IMG/VR virus record: IMGVR_UViG_2609459844_000002
Location: 1 to 4,763 of that record
Source: a virus
Lineage: Duplodnaviria > Heunggongvirae > Uroviricota > Caudoviricetes
Direction: 5' to 3' (one strand)
DNA length: 4,763 bases
Below are positions 1-4,763 of the stretch, one piece after another. A model generated the notes under the pieces. It worked only from the letters and a program-made list of their open reading frames with translations, was not told the DNA's origin and made no database searches. The translations under genes were made by a program, and so were the position numbers. The stretch's first letter is position 1. Each line of letters starts with the position of its first letter.

Positions 1-55
1 GAGCAATTGCCTTCTAAGCAATCGGTCACTGGTTCGAATCCAGTACAACGCGCCA
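1..55 (+). tRNA. tRNA-Arg (anticodon UCU), 3' portion; 5' end lies outside the window
   Basis: Foldable by eye: anticodon stem 6-10/18-22 (ATTGC/GCAAT), 7-nt loop CTTCTAA with anticodon TCT at 13-15, U33 and A37 present; 5-nt variable loop; T-arm ACTGG-TTCGAAT-CCAGT (28-44); acceptor 3' strand 45-51, discriminator G52, CCA 53-55. Lambdoid and Stx phages carry rare-codon Arg tRNAs (argN/argO type) downstream of Q. Confidence 0.7.
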
Positions 56-69
56 CACTTATTTTCCCT

Positions 70-96
70 GGCTCGCTTTTGCGGGCCTTTTTTTTT
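70..96 (+). terminator. Rho-independent terminator downstream of the tRNA
   Basis: Stem GGCTCGC (70-76), loop TTTT, stem GCGGGCC (81-87) with one G-U pair, followed by a run of nine T (88-96). Confidence 0.55.
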
Positions 97-293
97 AAAT
101 GTCTCACAATTCAGACGGTTGACTGTTGTCTGGTTTGCGGGGAGTTTGTTAAAAGAAACTGGCATGGTGAATCCCCCTGTGCGGAGGGGCAATCAGCGAG
201 TAGGTATATGGGATAATCGCGGATTCAGGTGCTGGTACTGAATTCACCGGGAGGCACCCGGCACCATGCAATGGCACATAGCGCCACTCTCCA

Positions 294-320
294 GCCCCTC
301 TCCGGAGGGGCTTTCTTGTG
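294..320 (+). terminator. Putative rho-independent terminator
   Basis: Perfect 7-bp stem GCCCCTC (294-300) / GAGGGGC (305-311), loop TCCG, followed by the T-rich stretch TTTCTTGTG. Confidence 0.45.
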
Positions 321-323
321 GGC

Positions 324-352
324 AAAAAAAGCCCGCGCTGGGAGACGCGGGC
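324..352 (-). terminator. Putative rho-independent terminator for leftward transcription
   Basis: Perfect 7-bp stem GCCCGCG (331-337) / CGCGGGC (346-352) with an 8-nt loop, preceded on the + strand by A7 (324-330), which is a U7 tail on the - strand transcript. Confidence 0.4.
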
Positions 353-449
353 GGCAAGGAATAAACAATAAAACGTGAAGTAATATTTCAGCTGGCGAAT
401 AATACCCCATAGTAATCACTCTGCGCAACTGCGCGGTCTTTTTCGAATT

Positions 450-504
450 GCGGGCTGTCGTCTCTCTTCTGCCATTGTCCTGTAACTTCCGGACTTCAGC
501 CCGC
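450..504 (+). repeat. Perfect 8-bp inverted repeat (GCGGGCTG ... CAGCCCGC) with a 39-nt spacer, in the leader of the esterase gene
   Basis: Read directly: 450-457 is the reverse complement of 497-504. Lies about 40 nt upstream of the start at 546. Function unknown (leader stem-loop or protein-binding site). Confidence 0.5.
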
Positions 505-545
505 TCCTCATTTTACTCACAATATTATCCCGGCCGGGAGGATTC

Positions 546-1481
546 ATGGCATTTAAACACTATGATGTTGTCAGGGCGGCGTCGCCGTCAGACCTTGCGG
601 AAAAGCTGACACACAAACTGAAAGAGGGCTGGCAGCCATATGGCGGACCGGTTGCCATTACGCCGTACACACTGATGCAGGCGGTGGCTATTGAAGGAGA
701 TCCACAGGTCGGCCCTTCATCTGAGCCGGACTGGTTCTACGTGGTTGTGCTTGCCGGACAGTCCAACGGCATGGCCTACGGTGAAGGGCTTCCGTTACCG
801 GATTCTTACGATGCTCCGGATCCGCGCATTAAACAGCTGGCGCGCCGCAGCACGGTAACTCCGGGTGGAGAGAGTTGTACGTATAACGACATCATCCCGG
901 CTGACCACTGTCTGCATGATGTGCAGGATATGAGTACGCTGAATCATCCGAAGGCAGACCTGAGCAAAGGGCAGTACGGCTGTGTCGGCCAGGGCTTACA
1001 TATTGCCAAAAAACTGCTTCCGTATATCCCGAATAACGCGGGGATCCTGCTGGTACCATGCTGTCGTGGTGGTTCGGCATTCACCCAGGGCGCGGAGGGG
1101 ACATTCAGTGCGGACACGGGGGCCAGCCAGGATTCGGCACGCTGGGGTGTGGGTAAACCGTTATATCAGGACCTGATCGCACGCACCAAAGCGGCATTAC
1201 AGAAGAACCCGAAAAATGTGTTGCTGGCGGTGTGCTGGATGCAGGGAGAGTTTGACATGAGCGCCGCCACCTACGCACAGCAACCTGCGCTGTTTACAGC
1301 CATGCTGAAGCAGTTTCGTGCTGACCTCACTGTGTTTAACGCGCAGTGTCATGGTGGCAGTGCTGTAAATGTGCCGTGGATTTGTGGTGACACGACGTAT
1401 TACTGGAAAAATACATACGCTATTGCTGTGTCTCCGATGCTGTATGGGCTGGCAAAACTGGTCATTGCGCTGAAATCGTGA
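546..1481 (+). CDS. DUF1737-domain / SGNH-type (sialate O-acetylesterase-like, NanS-p-like) protein, 311 aa, possibly a short or truncated form
   Basis: Strong SD GGGAGGA 4 nt before the ATG. N-terminus (MAFKHYDVV...KEGWQPYGGPV) has the pattern typical of DUF1737. The LAGQSNGMAYGEG motif is the GQSN nucleophile block of the SASA/SGNH esterase family. The position, downstream of phage tRNAs and upstream of the lysis genes, is where lambdoid/Stx phages carry nanS-p paralogs. Confidence 0.8.
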   Translation: MAFKHYDVVRAASPSDLAEKLTHKLKEGWQPYGGPVAITPYTLMQAVAIEGDPQVGPSSEPDWFYVVVLAGQSNGMAYGEGLPLPDSYDAPDPRIKQLARRSTVTPGGESCTYNDIIPADHCLHDVQDMSTLNHPKADLSKGQYGCVGQGLHIAKKLLPYIPNNAGILLVPCCRGGSAFTQGAEGTFSADTGASQDSARWGVGKPLYQDLIARTKAALQKNPKNVLLAVCWMQGEFDMSAATYAQQPALFTAMLKQFRADLTVFNAQCHGGSAVNVPWICGDTTYYWKNTYAIAVSPMLYGLAKLVIALKS

Positions 1482-1580
1482 ACTTTAAAAAGATGAGTGC
1501 TGAACTTATTCGGGCAATGGCATTTGCCATTCGTATTGTGGCCATTGCTGTTCTGGTCTGGACAATCCGTTGGTGGTGAT

Positions 1581-2048
1581 ATGAACCGTGTTCTGTGTGT
1601 GGTGATTATTGTCCTGCTGGTAGCCTGTGGTGTGCTTAGTCTGGGGCTGAATCATTACCGTGATAACGCCATTACCTACAAAGCCCAGCGCGACAAAAAT
1701 GTCAGAGAACTGAAGCTGGCGAACGCGGCAATTACTGACATGCAGATGCGTCAGCGTGATGTTGCTGCGCTCGATGCAAAATACACGAAGGAGTTAGCTG
1801 ATGCGAAAGCTGAAAATGATGCTCTTCGTCGCAAGCTTGATAATGGTGGCAGGGTGCTCGTCAAAGGAAAATGCCCTGTGCCATCCTCAGCCGAAACCTC
1901 CAGCGCCTCCGGCATGGGCAATGATGCCACCGTCGAACTCTCTCCAGTTGCTGGACGAAACGTTCTCGGTATCCGGGACGGAATTATCCGCGACCAAACA
2001 GCACTGAGAACGCTTCAGGAATACATCAGGACGCAATGCCTTCGATGA
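1581..2048 (+). CDS. Rz: Rz i-spanin (inner-membrane spanin subunit)
   Basis: N-terminal TM segment followed by [59 protein letters not shown], near-identical to lambda Rz as I recall it. I place the start at ATG 1581 (the track's GTG at 1497 is upstream in frame) because it aligns with the lambda Rz N-terminus and is preceded by a GGTGG SD-like sequence. Confidence 0.9.
   Translation: MNRVLCVVIIVLLVACGVLSLGLNHYRDNAITYKAQRDKNVRELKLANAAITDMQMRQRDVAALDAKYTKELADAKAENDALRRKLDNGGRVLVKGKCPVPSSAETSSASGMGNDATVELSPVAGRNVLGIRDGIIRDQTALRTLQEYIRTQCLR
1801..2007 (+). CDS. Rz1: Rz1 o-spanin (outer-membrane lipoprotein), embedded in the +1 frame of Rz
   Basis: Wholly inside Rz in a different frame. Signal peptide plus lipobox (LIMVAGC), then the proline-rich stretch [19 protein letters not shown] 8 nt upstream. 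N-terminus MRKLKMML resembles lambda Rz1 (MLKLKMML). Confidence 0.85.
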   Translation: MRKLKMMLFVASLIMVAGCSSKENALCHPQPKPPAPPAWAMMPPSNSLQLLDETFSVSGTELSATKQH

Positions 2049-2222
2049 TAGCGATAATTTTACTCATCATCCTTCACATCTGGCTCTGTAGACAGGGTGG
2101 TGATCACTTCTGGAGTGAATCCAGATTTAACATCTCATTGCTGATGCTTGATATTGAGCATCTTGCGCGCGGTAAGGGGCTGCGTTGAGATAAGAGCCAG
2201 TCATCACAAACACCAGGATTTA

Positions 2223-2248
2223 GCCTCGCATTCGCGGGGCTTTTTATT
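2223..2248 (+). terminator. Rho-independent terminator downstream of Rz/Rz1
   Basis: Stem GCCTCGC (2223-2229), loop ATTC, stem GCGGGGC (2234-2240) with one G-U pair, followed by TTTTTATT. Confidence 0.5.
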
Positions 2249-2266
2249 GCAACAAAGGTAAAGACG

Positions 2267-2554
2267 ATGGATGAAGAATATCGTAAAGACCTGCAATTGT
2301 GGTTTGGCCTGACGCATGCGTCGTTCTGCGTGATGCCGAGAGTATTCATGGAGGCTATGCCGCAAGAATGGCAAGAGAAGATGGCGCAGTTGCTTTTTGA
2401 GTATGGCGACACGATCAAAACGGATGTCTGCGGAGTTCACTGCTGTTTCGTTACTGCCAAAGACGGCAACAACCGCTTTATGAGGATGCCAGAAGATATT
2501 CTGAACTATCGTCATCCCCGGCGTGAGTTCATCGAATCATTTCTGAAGAAGTAG
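2267..2554 (+). CDS. Hypothetical protein, 95 aa
   Basis: ORF with E. coli-like codon usage (CTG, CCG, GCG, ACG common) and balanced charged/hydrophobic composition; weak SD (AAGG) about 8 nt upstream; begins just after the terminator at 2223-2248. No family recognised. Confidence 0.55.
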   Translation: MDEEYRKDLQLWFGLTHASFCVMPRVFMEAMPQEWQEKMAQLLFEYGDTIKTDVCGVHCCFVTAKDGNNRFMRMPEDILNYRHPRREFIESFLKK

Positions 2555-2647
2555 CCATTACAAAGTCTATCTGCGGGGGGCTTGATAAAGGTGCTTTCAC
2601 CTCGCTTAGCATGGTATGTTCTGACTACCAACTTTTTGGGAGGACAC

Positions 2648-2872
2648 ATGGAACTGATAAATGGACGGCCAGGCAGAGATTTTATAGTGGGAACATATAC
2701 CTACTCAGAAATTAAAGATCTTAACTTCATGGCTAAGGAAGAGAAAAGAGCTCGTGAAGAGCTAAAGCATCGGGGTTACGAATTGGCGTATATCAAGGCG
2801 GACTCTGAATGTAACGGGATGTTTGTCAGGGCGTACCGGGTCTATACTGACAAAGCGCCATCTAATGTCTAA
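2648..2872 (+). CDS. Hypothetical small protein, 74 aa
   Basis: ATG at 2648 preceded by GGGAGGA (2638-2644). The track's TTG start at 2582 is in frame but has no SD, so I prefer 2648. AT-rich relative to the flanking phage genes; a T6 run follows the stop. No family recognised. Confidence 0.5.
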   Translation: MELINGRPGRDFIVGTYTYSEIKDLNFMAKEEKRAREELKHRGYELAYIKADSECNGMFVRAYRVYTDKAPSNV

Positions 2873-2938
2873 ATATACCTCGGGCGGTTTTTTACGTTCA
2901 TTACCGTACGCAATTACAGCAGGCATTCATTGAGTGCC

Positions 2939-2947
2939 TGTGATAAT
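2939..2947 (+). promoter_or_regulatory. Candidate extended -10 promoter element (TGTGATAAT) for the 134-aa ORF
   Basis: TG at 2939-2940 plus GATAAT at 2942-2947 (5/6 match to TATAAT), about 60 nt upstream of the GTG at 3008. No good -35 element, which is compatible with an extended -10 promoter. Prediction by eye only. Confidence 0.3.
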
Positions 2948-3007
2948 GATTTATCAACGTGCTTGCAAACGGTATTCTAGACCTCCAATTATCCTAAGGA
3001 GGTTTTT

Positions 3008-3412
3008 GTGGTTAAAAATTTAGAATACATGAAGGGGATGCTTGAGGTATTTTTGAAAGCGAAAACTCCCTTTATATCTACAAAAGACTTAGCTAATGCG
3101 GGGTACGATATCTGCTCGAATGAAGGGATGTTTCATTATCTACTTCTTATTGAGCAAGGTTATATCAGTAATAAAGATCTAATAACGGATGACATAACTA
3201 AACTGGGCTACATGCGCCATTGTGGCCATATGCTAGATATGGGTACCGACGTGCGACTATCTGCGCAGGGACAAGAATTCGCCCAGGCATTAAATGAACC
3301 TACGGTTTTTGAGAAATTAAAGTCAATGAGCGATGCCCCTTTGAGTACAATCAAAGATGTTGGGCTGGAGTTAACGAAGGCCTATTTAAAGAAGAAATTT
3401 GGCCTCGAGTAA
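3008..3412 (+). CDS. Hypothetical protein, 134 aa, in AT-rich moron; possibly DUF2513-like
   Basis: Canonical SD AAGGAGG (2996-3002) 5 nt before GTG 3008 (an alternative ATG lies 21 nt downstream in frame). Coding segment is visibly AT-rich compared with the flanking phage genes. The N-terminal pattern and the GYDI...HYLLLIEQGYI motif resemble my recollection of DUF2513 phage proteins; unverified. Confidence 0.6.
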   Translation: MVKNLEYMKGMLEVFLKAKTPFISTKDLANAGYDICSNEGMFHYLLLIEQGYISNKDLITDDITKLGYMRHCGHMLDMGTDVRLSAQGQEFAQALNEPTVFEKLKSMSDAPLSTIKDVGLELTKAYLKKKFGLE

Positions 3413-3624
3413 AATTTCTACCCTCACGAGTTAAGTTGTTTTGTGATGGTTATTCGCAATGAATATCTTTAGCCACTGGCATTTGCTGGTGGTTTTTTTA
3501 TGCGCATCCCTCGCGCACCACAAAGGGAGTCTTTCAGTAGTGATTCTGAATATCAGTGTGATAAACGTATTTGATAATCATTATCATTTTTGGTGGGTCC
3601 TTTCCGGCGATCCGACAGGTTACG

Positions 3625-3636
3625 GGGCGGCGACCT
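3625..3636 (+). other. cosN: lambda-type 12-nt cohesive-end sequence GGGCGGCGACCT
   Basis: Exact lambda cohesive-end sequence, preceded by the lambda right-end sequence ...GATCCGACAGGTTACG and followed by lambda left-end sequence running into the Nu1 start. The cos region overall (cosQ side, cosN, cosB) spans about 3560-3800. Confidence 0.8.
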
Positions 3637-3732
3637 CGCGGGTTTTCGCTATTTATGAAAATTTTCCGGTTTAAGGCGTTTCCGTTCTTCTTCGTCATAA
3701 CTTAATGTTTTTATTTAAAATACCCTCTGAAA

Positions 3733-3789
3733 AGAAAGGAAACGACAGGTGCTGAAAACGGGCTTTTTGGCCTCTGTCGTTTCCTTTCT
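3733..3789 (+). repeat. cosB region: perfect 16-bp inverted repeat (AGAAAGGAAACGACAG / CTGTCGTTTCCTTTCT) flanking a 25-bp spacer; probable Nu1-binding R elements with an intervening IHF site
   Basis: Inverted repeat read directly (3733-3748 and 3774-3789). Position between cosN and the Nu1 start matches lambda cosB, where oppositely oriented R sites flank the I1 IHF site. Confidence 0.6.
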
Positions 3790-3813
3790 CTGTTTTTGTC
3801 CGTGGAATGAACA

Positions 3814-4227
3814 ATGGAAGTCAACAAAAAGCAGCTGGCTGACATTTTCGGCGCGAGTATCCGTACCATTCAGAACTGGCAGGATTTGCCCGTAATCAAG
3901 CTGGGTAACGCGCGGGTTGTCCTTTCCCGCCGCAGACGTCGTAAAAAGGGGCAGCGTTCATCCCTGAAAGGTGGCGGCAGCGTGCTTGTGGTGGGAAACC
4001 GTCGTATTCCCGGCGCGTTTATTCAGCAACTGAAAAATGGCCGGTGGCATGTCATGCAGCGTGTGGCCGGGAAAAACCGTTACCCCATTGATGTGGTGAA
4101 AATCCCGATGGCGGTGCCGCTTACCACGGCGTTTAAACAGAATATTGAACGGATACGGCGTGAACGTCTTCCGAAAGAGCTGGGCTATGCGCTGCAGCAT
4201 CAACTGAGAATGGTAATAAAGCGATGA
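3814..4227 (+). CDS. Deletion-fusion ORF: Nu1 N-terminus (23 codons) joined in frame to the C-terminal ~114 codons of tail protein Z
   Basis: MEVNKKQLADIFGASIRTIQNWQ is the lambda Nu1 N-terminus; DNA similarity to lambda Nu1 stops at about 3884. The rest (DLPVIKLGNARVVLSRRRRRKKGQRS...LRMVIKR) matches my recollection of the lambda gpZ C-terminus and ends in the ATGA stop/start overlap with U, as Z/U do in lambda. Probably a non-functional remnant. Confidence 0.75.
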   Translation: MEVNKKQLADIFGASIRTIQNWQDLPVIKLGNARVVLSRRRRRKKGQRSSLKGGGSVLVVGNRRIPGAFIQQLKNGRWHVMQRVAGKNRYPIDVVKIPMAVPLTTAFKQNIERIRRERLPKELGYALQHQLRMVIKR

Positions 4228-4619
4228 AACATACTGAACTCCGTGCAGCCGTACTGGATGCACTGGAGAAGCATGACACCGGGGCGACGCTTTTTGATGG
4301 TCGCCCCGCTGTTTTTGATGAGGCGGATTTTCCGGCAATTGCCGTTTATCTCACCGGCGCTGAATACACGGGCGAAGAGCTGGACAGTGATACCTGGCAG
4401 GCGGAGCTGCATATTGAAGTTTTCCTGCCTGCTCAGGTGCCGGATTCAGAGCTGGATTCGTGGATGGAGTCCCGGATTTATCCGGTGATGAGCGATGTCC
4501 CGGCACTGTCAGATTTGATCACCAGTATGGTGGCCAGCGGCTATGACTACCGGCGCGACGATGATGCGGGCCTGTGGAGTTCTGCCGATCTGACTTATGT
4601 CATTACCTATGAAATGTGA
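4224..4619 (+). CDS. U: Tail tube terminator protein U
   Basis: 131 aa, near-identical to lambda gpU as I recall it ([22 protein letters not shown]...LTYVITYEM). Same length and same position between Z and V. Confidence 0.93.
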   Translation: MKHTELRAAVLDALEKHDTGATLFDGRPAVFDEADFPAIAVYLTGAEYTGEELDSDTWQAELHIEVFLPAQVPDSELDSWMESRIYPVMSDVPALSDLITSMVASGYDYRRDDDAGLWSSADLTYVITYEM

Positions 4620-4626
4620 GGACGAT

Positions 4627-4763
4627 ATGCCTGTACCAAATCCAGCAATACCGGTGAAAGGTGCCGGAACCACCCTGTGGGTTTATAACGGGAGCGGCGA
4701 CCCTTATGCGAACCCGCTTTCAGACGTTGACTGGTCGCGTCTGGCTAAAGTTAAAGACCTGAC
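4627..4763 (+). CDS. V: Major tail protein V, N-terminal 45 codons; continues beyond the window
   Basis: [45 protein letters not shown] matches the lambda gpV N-terminus; GAGGA SD 5 nt upstream; 7-nt gap after U as in lambda. Confidence 0.92.
   Translation, partial: MPVPNPAIPVKGAGTTLWVYNGSGDPYANPLSDVDWSRLAKVKDL

Larger units (their letters stand above)
1..4763. mobile_element. Defective lambdoid prophage, late region (tRNA / lysis remnant / cos / tail module)
   Basis: Gene order and strand match the lambda late operon (tRNA, moron, Rz/Rz1, cos, Nu1, Z, U, V). cosN and the Nu1, U and V N-termini are near-identical to phage lambda as I recall it. Head genes and holin/endolysin are absent. Confidence 0.85.

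Noticed and set aside
1-100. tRNA 3' end as a prophage or island integration site (att)
   Set aside because: The flanking genes are phage late genes in canonical order, and lambdoid phages carry their own tRNA genes at this position; no integrase or direct repeat of the tRNA 3' end is seen in the window.
7-216. 69-aa + strand ORF
   Set aside because: Overlaps the tRNA 3' end and its terminator; no SD; better explained as structured non-coding sequence.
225-428. 67-aa - strand ORF
   Set aside because: Spans both terminator hairpins (294-352); Pro/Arg/Cys-rich translation typical of GC-rich non-coding DNA.
892-1176. Two short ORFs (892-1080 on -, 982-1176 on +) inside the esterase gene
   Set aside because: Alternative frames of a well-supported CDS; Arg/Ser/His-rich low-complexity translations; no independent signals.
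2104-2515. Two - strand ORFs (104 aa and 103 aa) antisense to the 95-aa ORF
   Set aside because: Cys/Ser/Arg-rich, no SD, and they overlap the + strand terminator; the + strand ORF has better codon usage and context. Not bor-like (no lipobox or signal peptide).
2582-2647. Upstream TTG start extending the 74-aa ORF to 96 aa
   Set aside because: No SD before the TTG, whereas ATG 2648 has GGGAGGA 3-4 nt upstream; the extension would overlap the putative promoter/operator palindrome.
3459-3674. 71-aa + strand ORF
   Set aside because: Runs through the lambda right-end/cosQ/cosN sequence; hydrophobic low-complexity translation; non-coding cos flank.
3958-4488. Three overlapping ORFs (3958-4338 on -, 4200-4412 on -, 4243-4488 on +)
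   Set aside because: Alternative frames within the Z-derived segment and U, both strongly supported by homology and translational coupling.
1-4763. CRISPR arrays, IS elements, rRNA
   Set aside because: No regularly spaced direct repeats, no terminal inverted repeats flanking a transposase-like ORF, and no rRNA-like sequence were seen.

Overview
The window is the late region of a defective lambda-like prophage, read left to right on the + strand: the 3' end of a phage-borne tRNA-Arg(UCU) with terminators; a DUF1737/SGNH-esterase (NanS-p-like) gene at the position where Stx phages carry stx; an Rz/Rz1 spanin pair with no holin or endolysin gene upstream; a cluster of three small unknown ORFs, two of them in a markedly AT-rich segment with their own expression signals; a lambda-type cos site; an in-frame fusion of the first 23 codons of terminase small subunit Nu1 to the C-terminal part of tail protein Z, implying deletion of the whole packaging/head module; then tail genes U (complete) and V (cut by the window end). 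The best candidate for an undescribed function is the AT-rich small-gene cluster between Rz and cos, but I cannot assign it a function from sequence alone. All homology statements rest on recalled protein sequences and conserved motifs, not on database searches.
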